From the NCBI GenBank assembly GCA_964036045.1, contig OZ038378.1:161262001-161326000 (forward strand): a stretch of DNA of 64,000 nt. Direction: 5' to 3'. Of this stretch, positions 23,950-35,700 are shown piece after piece; the stretch's first letter is position 1; every line of letters starts with the position of its first letter. This stretch comes from Eutreptiella sp. 'Long Island Sound 2002'. Taxonomy: Eukaryota; Protista; Euglenida. A program made the position numbers and the translations under genes. The notes under the pieces were generated by a model. The model ran no database searches, was not told the DNA's origin, and saw only the letters and a program-made list of their open reading frames with translations.

Positions 23950-24545
23950 CATCCAAAAAAAAAAGGCAACGGGGGGGGGGGGAGGGGCAGCGAGCCACAG
24001 TCCAGGAGTAGCGAGTCCAGGCCGCACACAACGAGCGATGGGTGGGGGAACCCTGGAAAGGGTTGCAGAGGCGCCCGGATGGGGTACTGCCTCCCACCTG
24101 TCCCTTCCGACACCCCATACGTGTCTGTAGCACGAATGACAGGACCACGCAGCATGGCGGAATGTGAGGCCTCGTGCGGCCTGGGCCGCTGCCCCTGGTG
24201 CGGCCAGGAGGACACCCGGCCCCGAACGTGGGTCATTTGGGGCAGAGTCTGCGCCCACACGGGTGTGTGTGCGGTCAACATCACCTACCTGATGCATCAG
24301 TGGGGGTATCTGTTGGACATGAGCGCGTACCCCGTACGGCCGCACCCGCATCCACGTTCGCCGGCTGGGTATACACACATGCGCACATGTATTCTGTCGC
24401 TCCCCACGGCCACATGCGGGGAACCAGGACACAAAGGGCGGCGCAGCAATCGGTAGCCAGAGGGGACTGGGGCCGGAGGGACAGGAGAAGAGGGGCGGCA
24501 CAAGCCGGTAGGAACACCGGAGTGGGCACGCGGAAAAAAAAACCC
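23950..24545 (+). mobile_element. Probable second LINE-like 3' end fragment
   Basis: A CGLGRCPWCGQEDT cysteine motif is followed by a stop (24456), a purine-rich tract, the CCGGTAGGAACACCGG hairpin (24505-24520) and an A-run (about 24534-24542). Confidence 0.4.
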
Positions 24546-24759
24546 TTAAAACAAGAAGGGGGGGGGGGGGCAGACTGAGGGATAGCAAGAGGCAGGGTAC
24601 CGGAAGCGACGGGGTAGCCGGAGCCGGTAGGAACGCTGGCCCGGACACCCCCCCCCCCCGCGGGAACGGGAGGTGGGTGGGCAGGGTGGGGGTAACGAGT
24701 ATGGTGCCCCCCCGCCCTCCCCCGCAGAGGCGGGGGTGAGAGGGGAACGATGACAGCTT

Positions 24760-25200
24760 GGTGTTGGTGGGCCGCGATCACCTCAGCGGGGTGCCATCGA
24801 TCTCCCTCCTCTGTGGTGGGAAGTCAAAGATCAAGGATACAGAGGGGCGTATGGCCCGGAGGCTGCAGCTTCAAGGAGTCGATGGAGTGGCCACACACTG
24901 CGTGGGATGTGCGGCTTGCAAAGCCTCTACGCGGAGATGGTTGCCGGGCGAAGTCTAGGTTCACAGGCCGAGAGTTCCTCCTGATCCTCAGGACGTGACG
25001 GAGGTTGGGTCCGCTGCGACAAAGGTCATCCGCCAGAGCGTATTCGCCGATCGAGGACGAGAGCGAGGAGCGATCTGCTAACGTAACCTCTGTCGTCTCG
25101 GTGTCGAAGAGCCGGGGTCTCCCCCGCGGGATGACGTCCCACTCCTATACAGCGGGGAACCGCAGCTTACCGTCTCAAGGGGACTACGGACATATGGCTA
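24760..25200 (+). pseudogene. Possible highly decayed retroviral-type integrase fragment
   Basis: Read-through of the 24758 frame gives HCVGCAACKA (C-x2-C) and later VFADRG...NLCRLGVEEPGSPP, loosely resembling the rve SDRG...LC..LGI...SPP region. Similarity is weak. Confidence 0.25.
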
Positions 25201-26999
25201 CCGCCTCGGAAACATGGTGAAATGGCCCCGCAGGGGGTGGAGTGTACGGCGGCAGTGACCCACCGTGGGGAACGGTACCGGATCGCAGGAGCACCTACAC
25301 AACGCATTTACATCATAGGAGTGAGGAGTGACCCTGAGTCACCTCCGGGCTGCTGGCAGGCTGACGACTCCGGCAGGCCACCGTGCTGCAGCCACGTTGC
25401 CGCTGTGTGGCGTTGTCAGCTCAGTGGACACCGCATAATGGGGCTTGCAGGGAAGAAGGTGAAGGACTGACCCTTTTGCGTTCAGCAGCAAGTAACGCCC
25501 GGGTACCGGGGGGCGCAATGTTTTTTTCGTGTGGAGCCCACGAAAGTATAGGAACCAGTTGACGTTGGGAACTGAGCCGGGGAGGGGCTGGTTAACTACC
25601 GGCGGTTGGCGAACAACAGAAGTAGGTGTTCAACGGCCGGCAGGTTCGGTCTTGGGTGAGTACGTGGAGTGAGGCTGGTAACACTGGGACGTCGGGATCC
25701 GGTGAGCCAATGTGGGCGACTGGGGTGTCAGGACCGTGGAGTTGGGAGTCTGAATCCAGAGGCCAAGTTATGTCTCGGGGATCTGGCCCTGCACGTTTCC
25801 CTTACCAATCTGATTGTGGCCCGACGCCAATATTATCTTCCATTTTCCAGCCCGGCAGCACCGGGGCTGCAGACTATTGGGACAGAGGGTTCCGCGGGAG
25901 GGGGGCACGATGTCCTCTCCCGAAGGTCGGAGAAAGTCCAGGGACCCGAGTGGCCGGCGGTTGGGTGGTCTACTGGCGGTGGTCGGCGGTCGACGGTCGG
26001 CAGGCGTTGGTTGGTGGCCAACCGTGGGGAGTCGGTGCGCCAACGGTTGGGGCACAACAATGCAGCCGTAGGCGGAACGAATCGAGGAAAAGCGTTAGGT
26101 CTGCCCCCCCCCCGCCCCCCAGGCAATGCCTCCTGCCCAGATAAGGTACCACTACAGCCCTATAGATCACGACAGGGACCTCAACCTCTGAGAGGTACTC
26201 GGCAGCACTCAGCACAGTGCTGACGATTACAATGCATGCCAAGGGCGTCTGTACATACCTGCCAGGGGAGAGCTTGGGATGGACGGAATGGTGCACCTGG
26301 CCCCGCGAGGAACAGTAGGCCAGGTTGCCACCACCACCATCTACCGGAGAGGGGGCTGGACCGGGAGTGGGCGGGTACGGGGGGCGACACATGCGGGGAC
26401 GGCAGGTCGTCAGCCCTTGGGGCCGCGGCCGAGGAGGGGGGGAGGTGCCAGGGGAGGGAAGCCATAACAGCTGGCAGGGGCGCCTTGCGCACTGCAGCAT
26501 GGGGCGGGCGCCGGAAGGTCAGGAGCCAAGGGGACGGGTAGGGGTTAGTGTAGTGAGGCAGCGGCAAGGGCGAGAGGGTTGGTCAGAGAGAGAGTGGGAG
26601 GCCCGGACTGGCGCGGCACTAGGGTGGAGGGAGACAGCCCCCCGGTGTGGGGCGAATGTACAGCTGGGGTGTGGAACAGTCAGGAGACAGGACACGAGAA
26701 CAGAACGGCCCAATACTATGGAAGCTCGGTGTCGCGTGCATGCAAGGGTGGGGACGGAAGACCGTACAGACACCCGCCCCCCCCCCCCCCCGAGGGCGAG
26801 CAATGGAGAAGTGACGTAAGGGGCAGACGCCCCGCGGCCGGCGCTTGACCCGGTAGGAACACCGGGACACACGACACCAAGAACGAAGGAAAAAGTGAGG
26901 GTCACCGGGGACGAGTGGGACACCCGAGGTATAGACGCTGTGCGCGCGTGGCCGGAGAAGAGAGGTGGCGGCCGTGCCGACGGGGCTGCACACCTGGTC

Positions 27000-27917
27000 G
27001 CCCGTGAGGGGGACCGGGGGGCGGTGACGAGGCGCGGCGCCGGACAGTGGCGAGAGCGGGAGGGAGACGCGTTGCGCGCGGGGGAACAGGGGACGAGGGA
27101 AGCAACCCGTGCACTAGGCACGAAACGGTCCTCCGGGCCCGCGCCGCGGGGTTGCCGGCGGCCCGGCGGGGTACAAACGCGGAGAGGGGCTGAATGGGTG
27201 CGAGGGGCAGTGCATGAGAAAGGGACAGGGCCGAGGGACGAGGGCAGAGTGCACCGGTAGGAACACCGGGGCGTGCGCCAGGTAGAGGGCGGAGGAACAA
27301 GGGGACAGCCGAAGCACGGGGGCCCACACCCCAGGTTGCCCGTGAGGGGAGCCGGGGGAGCGGGTGCCGGACGGGCGAAACCGGAGGTAGGGGACAGGTG
27401 CAGGACGCAGTGCGCACGTGGACCGCACGAGAATCAAGGTGACCGGTACATCGACAATGCAACGCCACATGCCCCGGGGAGCAATCGCCGGGAGAGGGTG
27501 CCCGGGGCTAACCCGGATACACCCTGGCCACGGACCCCAAGCTGAGTCGGGGTAGCCCTGCCCTCGGCGCCCGTGAGGGGGCCGGGAGAGGAGGGTGGCA
27601 GCCGTCGGTCAATGGGCCCACACCTGAGGTCGCCCGTGAGGGGGGCCGAAGGGGTGGGTGCCGAGCCCGATCGCAGACGGTCGCGGGTGGACGATACCCA
27701 AGTGCACCCAGGAGAAACGAGTGGGTACTTCGCCCGTGAGGGGGGAGAGTGGGCCCGGTGGAGGTGGGACTGTTCGCCAGTGCACCGACACAGGGCCCCG
27801 CCCGCAGGTGACCATAAGACCGTCTGCACGGGTGAGGGGTGGGCTGACTAGGCGTCGGCCGGGCCCCGGGGGAACCCAGGATGTCGCCCGTGAGGGGGAC
27901 GGTCGCCCGTGAGGGGG
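27000..27917 (+). repeat. Dispersed cluster of seven GCCCGTGAGGGG motifs
   Basis: Copies start at about 27000, 27338, 27569, 27632, 27732, 27886 and 27905. Confidence 0.85.
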
Positions 27918-28024
27918 ACCCTTGTTCTTGGCGGAACCTACGGCGGAGATGATCCCCCCCACCGTATGGTGGCCGCCAGACAAAAAGGGGTGTGCAGAAG
28001 GCGCCCCACATTCGTGGGCAACGG

Positions 28025-28053
28025 TTGATTGATTGATTGATTGATTGATTGAT
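28025..28053. repeat. (TTGA)7 microsatellite
   Basis: ttgattgattgattgattgattgattgat. Confidence 0.95.
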
Positions 28054-29166
28054 CTCTTGATTGAAAGACGTCTTCAGATGACCAACCAACAGGGGTCCCT
28101 TTGATTCTCACTGGCCCCTTCTTTTTCAAAAACCACTCCCCCTTCACTTTTTTATTGTGCCATCGCAGGCAAGGGATATTGGTGGTTCCGGCAGAAAAGC
28201 AAGACACAAGGGTAGCAATGTGCTGCCTGGCCCATCCCCGTTTCCGCGCGACATGTTTTCGCCCGCGCCTAACCCATACTGCAGACCCCACTGTCCCAAA
28301 ATTACGAAAAAAGCCAGTCTCATCCATGTTATGGATGTATGTGGCTCCGAAATTTGGAAGAATGAGGGCAAGCTTGAGGGAAGTGTTGAAAAAAGAGAGC
28401 ATTTCCTCTGTTGTTAATCTAGCTGTAGCTCGCTGGCTTTCAGCTGAGGCTTTCTCTCTACGAAGTCTTTGTGCCTGTTCTAAAAAAGAGCCCACCCCTT
28501 TTTCCGAAACTTGCAATTCACGAGCGACATAGCATTACAGGGAAGTGCCTTCGCCATCTGTTCCGCATGCTTTTTGATGTGCTTCATCGGCGGAGCCTAA
28601 CTGGCATCTGCCTGGCTATCCATCCACCGGATTAACTCCTCTCCGTTCAACAGTGGTTTCAGTCCTCGCTTGAGCCGCATGGGGTTGGCCCTTGCTCTAC
28701 ATTGCGGTAGGGCAGGGAGGGAGGGAGCGAGACAGTGTAGGTGTTCACTCGCTGCCTTAGCTTATTAATGAATAGGGCGACGTGTCGCGCAGCAGTTACG
28801 GACACGTCGCGTGACACCTTCATGGCCGCAAGCAATTTTAAGAGCAAGGGCAGTAGTGTCGCGTACACTTGTATCTCTCCAAGGCACCGGTGACACTGTC
28901 GCGATGAACTCCAAGTGCTTTGGCGGCGCTTCGCACACTACGTCTCTTTGCCAGGGCCTCGGCGGCTGTCATCTCGAACTCAGTCCTGTTCTTTTGCTTC
29001 AAATGCATTGGCACAGCTTCTGGCGCGACCCAAAAATGCGCTACCGCCGCGCGACCTGTTCTGGCACTGTTTTCACAAAAAAATATCAAATTTACAATAT
29101 AAACCGGTAAACCAAATTAAAGATCGATATTTTACCTAACTGCATGCCGCTATTCCGTTTACAGTA
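28054..29166 (-). mobile_element. pogo/Tigger-like (DDE_1 family) DNA transposon relic, 3'-truncated
   Basis: N-terminal HTH RSVRSAAKALGVHRDSV (28838..29089), a CENP-B-like segment (28659..28868) and the DDE start YIHNMDETGF...ATLVSCFSAG...GW (27938..28516). The coding sequence stops at the (TTGA)n tract. A possible terminal end ...ccgtttacag|ta lies at about 29155-29166. Confidence 0.8.
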
Positions 29167-29180
29167 GTAATTGCTACAAT

Positions 29181-29453
29181 TGTAGTGGTTGTTGTCTGGA
29201 TCTTCGAAAACCTCTTGCTCTGCTAGTTTCTTGAAAATCAACAACCTCGACACGGGGGATCTTTAAGTGGGGCAGCAAGCCGTGTCAATTCAAAACTCCA
29301 AGAAAAACCCTGTGATAAACATATGAACACATGTCGAATATTTATCACAATCATTGATCACTATTTCAATATCGATCATCATTAGCGCATGCACGCGTGT
29401 TCGATCTTTTGCCAGATCTCGCGACGCGCGCTCGCACTAATCGAACCATAACA
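29181..29453 (-). repeat. 3' LTR
   Basis: tgtagtggttg...ccataaca; 8 differences from the 39136-39408 copy; preceded by caat. Confidence 0.96.
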
Positions 29454-29466
29454 CTACCCCCCCCCT
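29454..29466 (-). other. Polypurine tract (PPT)
   Basis: Minus strand reads AGGGGGGGGGTAG immediately before the 3' LTR. Confidence 0.85.
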
Positions 29467-29815
29467 GAGACCTCGAAGAGTTCTCACCCAACTGGGCTGG
29501 GTGGGCGGAACAAGCCTGCTGAAAGTGCAGAGCTCAAAAAGGTCCCATGGTTCGAAAAAAACTGTGACCCGTGATCGTTGACTGTGGGGAGGCTCCAATG
29601 CGCCTGAGGCATAGTAAGGGTCGGGGCCCCCCTTGGTAGTGTCCTGTCAATTAGTCGAAAGCAGGACCAGATAGTCACTCGACATAAACAAAAATAGATA
29701 GAACCAACAATCAAAAAAAATTGTAACTCTCGGGCCACACATGCACAGCATCCCTCGCAGCCAGAAGCAGCGGTGGACACTGTGGCACAAAGCAAGGTGC
29801 AGCCGTACCAATTGC

Positions 29816-32691
29816 CTAGACGCTCGTGGAGAAGAACAGCAAGAAATTTTGTCTTCCCCAAAAACACAATAACCAAATTACAAAATCTCGATCAACAAAC
29901 GATCGATGAAATCCCTCATTCAGCCGAATAAGGTAGACGTCGATGAAACTCCTTCGCACATTGTCCCAATCGAAGGTATAATTCTTCTGGGTAATCAACC
30001 TCGAGTATTCGGGGTTGCGTGCATCGATTCCTTGACAGCGTCGAAAGGCATCGAATCCTGCATGACAGGGGTAGTCACATCCAGGAGCTGCGGGGTCGAG
30101 CATAACCGCACATCGAGCAGCGATGGGCCGAAGCTCAGGATTCCCTGCAGGAAAGTCGCCCTCATTCCTCGGGAAATATTCGAAGATGTAAAGATCTTCT
30201 CGAGCAAGTGGTCGACCTTCCTTCGGAGCTCGACGTTGGAAGAAATCGTGGAGATTTTCATTCTTCCAGGAACATCGATAGAAATCCTCTCGATGAGTGC
30301 CAAAACTTTGGCGGAAACGTACTTCGCCCTGACCGAAGTCGATCTGCGACCACGCCCGGTCTTGTCGAAGGTTGTTCGCTGTGGGCGGCAGGAAGTAAAT
30401 TCTTCATCGAGCATCCGCAATCCACCACTGAGTATCGGCACAAGTGAACCGTCGAACAGTGACAATGGCAGTGAACCTGTTCCTGAAGGTTCAAAATCGA
30501 ACATGGATTTCGAACTGCCGGGTGTACTAGCTGTCTGCCAAGCGCCCAAGGTATTCGTGAACAAAATTACCCTTGCCAAGTCGAAGTTGAATGGTCTGGG
30601 CAATGCAATGTATGTCCTCGAAGGGCACTGGGGTATCGAGGACCACTGGCCTGAGGCTGAATTCTTTTGCTCGAGCAACCCCTTTCTTGTGGTCTTCGAT
30701 GAATCGGTCGATCAGGTCTCGGCCCAAGTAATGCAACTCCGGCACACCGTGATTGTGCTGGCACAGATTCGAGTTGAGGGGCAGCAGCCGAAGCTCAAGA
30801 GGCTCGGGGTGCATAGGGTCCTTCGATGGCTAGTACGGCGTCGGCGGGGGCGTCGGACCCACATCCTGTCGAAACGCAACGTTCCGGGTGAGTTTGTATC
30901 CGTCGCCATCAGTGGCCGCTTCGACGTTCGCGAAGGGATATTTCGACATGCTCATCCCATTTCCGACTCCATATTCGAGGATGAGTTCATCGGCGTTCTC
31001 GAATGGAAAGTACTTGTGGATGAGTTTCTCGTCCCCAGATGAACGGACAACCATCGAATGCTTGTCAATGTCGAACATGCTGATGCGTTGAATGACATTG
31101 TAAACTCGGCGTAGGTCGATCAATGGTCGACCGTGAGGACGGTGAGTGCGGGACATCGAACGTCCAATGTCGCCTCGAGATTTGCCGGCCTCAGAGTACT
31201 CGATCATTTGCAATGCGAGCTCGGCAGGGCTTACCGGCGCTCCTTCGAAGCGCTTGTAGGCTAATCGGACGGAGTTGATGTCGTAGGACTGTCGAACAAG
31301 AAGACTTCCGAGGTAACCGATCCAATCGGAGTTGTCATCGAAAGTCCATCGTTTTCGATTGCAAACATCTCGGTGGTTGCGGATTAAGCCATCGATAAGA
31401 ATGGCCGGAACCAGATTCTTGGGTTCTCGAGGAGAGTAGTGCCTTCGGATGTTGAAGCAGTGTTCGAGTGCGTCGTAGGTCGACAAAAGCTTGGTGACGC
31501 CTTCACGCTCTCGAAACATCCGTTCATGCCACTTGGCATCCGCGTCGACAGAGTCTCCGGTGAGCGCATTCATTCGAGTCCTCCATGCCTCATTAAGTTT
31601 GCGAAGCCAAGCTTCTGCGTGTGTGCGACAGTCTCGGAGGTCATCTTCGATGTCTGTGTACCATCCCGGACTCGGGGTCAGGCCAAGATTGCCAAGTTCG
31701 TCCATCGACGTCTGGTGTGCGTAGATCATTGCCTCGGAGAGGTCCGTTTGGCTTAAAGCATCGAGAGAATGAGGCATCAGATCATACAATCGTCGATGAG
31801 TTTGAAGCAGGGCGTCGATGACCTGTTCGTGTCCTGTCAGACACGCCACATGTTCGGGCACTGACGAACATTGTCGTCGAAAAACGTGGGGTGGCAGCTT
31901 CGAATACTGAATAGCCAATCGATCATCCGTCGCAGTGACGTATTGGTAGGGTGGTCGACTCATCTGCTCTCGCAGCATCAATTGATCGACCGTCTCGAGT
32001 TGACGGATGGGTTGCAAAGTGTAGGGATCCCACGGAGCTCTATCATCTTGTTCTCGAGCACGTTTGGATCCTCGATGACAGACGGGAGACTGGTCCCACT
32101 GTACATGCTCTCTCTGAGGCATCGGTGGCGCACTCGAAATGCCGGTTCGAGGTCGAGGAACATAAGGTCGAACGGGGGCACTGGCCACACTGCGATCGAA
32201 GTCATAGTTGCTGCCTTGGGGGACCGCCTGGCGACTTGTGCTGCGCTGGTGGCCTTGACTTGTGCTGCGCGGTTGACCTCGACTCTCTCGACCAGATTCT
32301 GACCGGGATTGTTGGTCTGGTTGATCGTTGTACGTGTACCTGGGAGCTCGGCTTCGATCCTCTGGAAACGGTCCGTAGTCGATGGGGCTCGGCGGGCTTG
32401 GGGCTCGACTGCGCTGCGAAGGCGGTCGGGCACCACCCGTGGTAGAAGGCGGGGCATGCGATGATGTTGGTCGGGTCGATGCCAGGTCTGGTACCTGGGC
32501 GATTCCCCGGGTTGATGATCATCGTTGAATCGTCGGGGGGCGTCTCCTCGAAATCGAGCTGCTTCTCAGCGATCCACACCGCGATCATCCCGAGACCAAC
32601 CGTCATCGAAGTGATCATCATAGCCGGTGTAGGTTGAGTAGTCATCATGGTGTGAGGCGCCTGTGGAACTGGAAGTCCCTCTGGCGGACAT
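29816..32691 (-). pseudogene. Accessory ORF3 of the chromovirus, about 950 codons, unknown function (disrupted)
   Basis: ATG at 32691 (MSARGTSSSTGASHHDDY) lies 40 bp after the pol stop. It runs into ORF 31978..32457, then after a frameshift into 30830..32188 (452 aa open), reads through a TAG into 30527..30814, and then into 29995..30678 and 29816..30103. Joins between frames are inferred. Confidence 0.65.
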
Positions 32692-32731
32692 AGCGGGTCG
32701 AAAGCTACATTCCTAAAAGGAAATGAAGCAG

Positions 32732-35700
32732 TCACTCGGGATTGAGCTGAAGGTACTCGACGAAGACAGGGTCCTCATATGAACTCTGGCTCGATTCCCA
32801 AGACCATGTGCCATCATCCCATTCGCATCGATAGAGCCAGCTCCCACGTCTCTTAGCACCCACCTGTCGTCTAGCAGAGATTCGAACTAGATTCGGGGAG
32901 GGGCCAGTCTTGGCAGGCGGCATAGGGAACTCGAAGACGAGTTGTCAATGTCGATGCAAGTATGGGTGAACACTGTGTCGATTGAAAACTGGGTGGCGAT
33001 CGACGGGAGGTGGAATATCGAGCCGAACATTCTCCCCATTGTTGAAGACTTCGAGAACTTTGTAGGGGCCACACCAAACCACGTCCAATTTGCCTTTGTT
33101 TTGATACTCGGGAACCAGGACCCACCAGAGCTCGCCTTGTAATGGGACTCGAACTTGTTTGTCTAATTGCATGACTACATGCATTTGTTGTCTCCGTTCC
33201 TCGAGGAGCACGGCACGCACAGAGTCAAAGACACGTTCAGCTCGAGTCAGGTAAGCATCAATGGTGCAAGGTTCACTGGAAGTAGAGTTCACTCTAGGGA
33301 AGTCCAGCGGAAAGTGTGGAGTTCTCCCCTCATCAATCTCGAAGGGGGAAAGCTGTAGCTTGTCGGAAGTGAGATTGTTGAACTGGATCTCAGCAAACAA
33401 CAGGTAGAGATCCCACTCATTGTCGCCGAAGATGCCGTGTGTCCGCAATCGCTGCAAAATCGACTGATTGGCGCGTTCAGCAAGACCGTTTCCTCGTGGC
33501 CTGTTGGCTACTGTTTGGTTCATCTCGATCTTGAAACCCTCTGCCACAGTGTTCCAGGATTGCGACTCGAACAGCTTATCTCGGTCGGAGACAACTTGTC
33601 GTGGGCATCCCTTGAGTCGAATCACTTCTCTCGTGAAGGTGTAGATGAGATCGTCCGCAGTCATGTCTTTCCGACAGGGGATGAACGTTCCTCGTTTGGA
33701 GAATCGATCCACTACAGTCATGATCGCATCGTGGCCTCTCGTAGTGGGTGGCAATCCTGTCATCCAGTCGACAGACACGCTGTGCCATTTTGCACCATGA
33801 ATTGGTATAGGTCGTGGTACTCTTGCTGTCCAAGTATTGCGAGTCTTGGCAGCCTGACAGACGTCGCAACTCAGGATGTACCGCTCGACGTAATGTCGAA
33901 GGTGTGAACAAACGTAATCTCTTTTGATGAGTGCCATAGTCCTCAGAATTCCGGAATGGCCGTAGAACTCTGATTCATGATACATCGAGACTATGGTGTT
34001 GACCAGGGTTCGAGGTACTAGAATTATCTTGCCCACTGAGGAATGATGTCTCGGTTTTCCTTTTTCGAAGGACAGATAAGCACAACGGAGTTGGTGTCGT
34101 GCATGTGGGCTTCGAATTGCAATCTCAAATAATTGACAAGTTCGGGGGTCTTCTCGATGGGCAGCAGACCATACTGAACTCTGGGTCAAGTCTCTGAGTT
34201 GATAATGTCGAAGGAGTCGTTGACGGGAACCCTTGATACTCGACGGATACGCTGTATTGGGTCCGGCCTTTGGCAATGGCACTGGAGGTAAATGGCCTTC
34301 TCGAGTGCGTCGATAGCGTACGAGGTCACCAGGGGAAGGGGCAACTCGAGGTTCTTCCCTGGTGAAGAACACACGCAGTACTTTCGATGGCTCATCAGCT
34401 CCAGGGTTAACGGGCTCCCCACTTCGTTCCCAGCCTCTTCAACGTTGTTGTCGACGCCTGCGTCATCGGTGTTGCCTGCGTCATCGACGTTGCTGGCATC
34501 GGTGTTGCCCGCGTCATCGACGTTGCTGGCTTCATCGAAGTCGCTAGCCTCGCCGGCGTTGCTGGCTCCAGTGTCGGTACTGCCCGGAACCACTGGTGCA
34601 CTCGCGTCAGTACCATCCACCCCAATTTCTTCGATCTCGTGGGGTTCATCGTCGGACTAAGTCATGTCGACAACCTGTGAATGGATTGTTCGCCCGCTTC
34701 GAAGTGATACATAGAGGTGATCGTAGGGATGTGGCCATAATTCATCGTGTGAATAGTGAAACTCGAGTCGATGCAAGAAATCATCGTCTGGTTCACGATC
34801 GGGTGAAACCCAATTCTGGACAAGAGGCATAACCATTGGTTTGTGCTTGGCCGTATTCTCGATCGCCATGAGTTGTCGAGAAGTAAGTCTCGAGCATGCG
34901 CCAGCCGCTGGGTTAGCCACCCCGGGTAGGTACCAAATGGACAGGTTATACTCCTCGAGAAATTGTGACCATCTGGCCTGTCGAGGAGTCAGCGGCCGGG
35001 GGCATGTCTGGAGATATCGGAGGCTCTCGTGGTCCATATGGACATGGACCTGTTGAGGTCCTCGAAGCAAATGAAACCACTGCTTCAGTGCCGAGACGAT
35101 TGCCAACAATTCTTGCTCTCCAATGGGGTATCGTGTTTTCCCGCCGGTTGCATCTTTCGGGACAGAAAGGCTACTGGTCGCAAGTGGCCTTTGTACTTTC
35201 CTCGATTACACTGTTGTGCCAATGTGGCACCTATGCAGTCTTTCGAGGCATCGGTGTACAGATGGTACGGGCGGTTTGGGACGATGGCGCTGAGGTGCGC
35301 AGCAGCTAGCATGGCATTCTTCAAAGTGTCGAACGCCATCTGGTGTATAGCACTCCACTCCCATTCGAAGTCGTTTTTCAACATCGCGGTTAGTTGAGGC
35401 TGCGATGGAGTGGAACCCTTCGATGAATTGCTGATAGAATGCGCAAAGGCCAATGAATTGTCGAACCTCGTGGACTGTAGTCGGCGGTGGCCAAGCTCGG
35501 ATCACCTTCATCTTGTCGGGGTCCATGTGCACTCCATCCGTGTCGATGATGTACCCGCAAAACGGAACCCTCTGCTGAAAGAACGTAGACTTGTCGATGC
35601 AGGGATAGAGCTGATGTTCTTCGAGGAGGTCGTGCACAATGTCCAGGTGTCGTTGATGCTTTTCCTGGTTTTTGGAAAAATCAGGATGTCCTCGATGTAC

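Noticed and set aside
24505-24520. AGGAACACCGG resemblance to a small-subunit rRNA segment
   Set aside because: The match is only about 11 nt and the flanks show no rRNA similarity.
19003-27900. Many long overlapping Pro/Gly/Arg-rich ORFs (e.g. 19640..21550 minus, 636 aa)
   Set aside because: Expected from very high GC and G-skew, which makes stop codons rare. They are antisense or off-frame to the inferred coding strand.
29906-31042. 378-aa plus-strand ORF (and other antisense ORFs in the LTR element)
   Set aside because: It is antisense to ORF3/pol with no motifs, and is best explained as a shadow frame of biased codon usage.
29816-32691. ORF3 as a retroviral env
   Set aside because: No N-terminal signal peptide, furin-type cleavage site plus fusion peptide, or convincing C-terminal transmembrane helix was seen.
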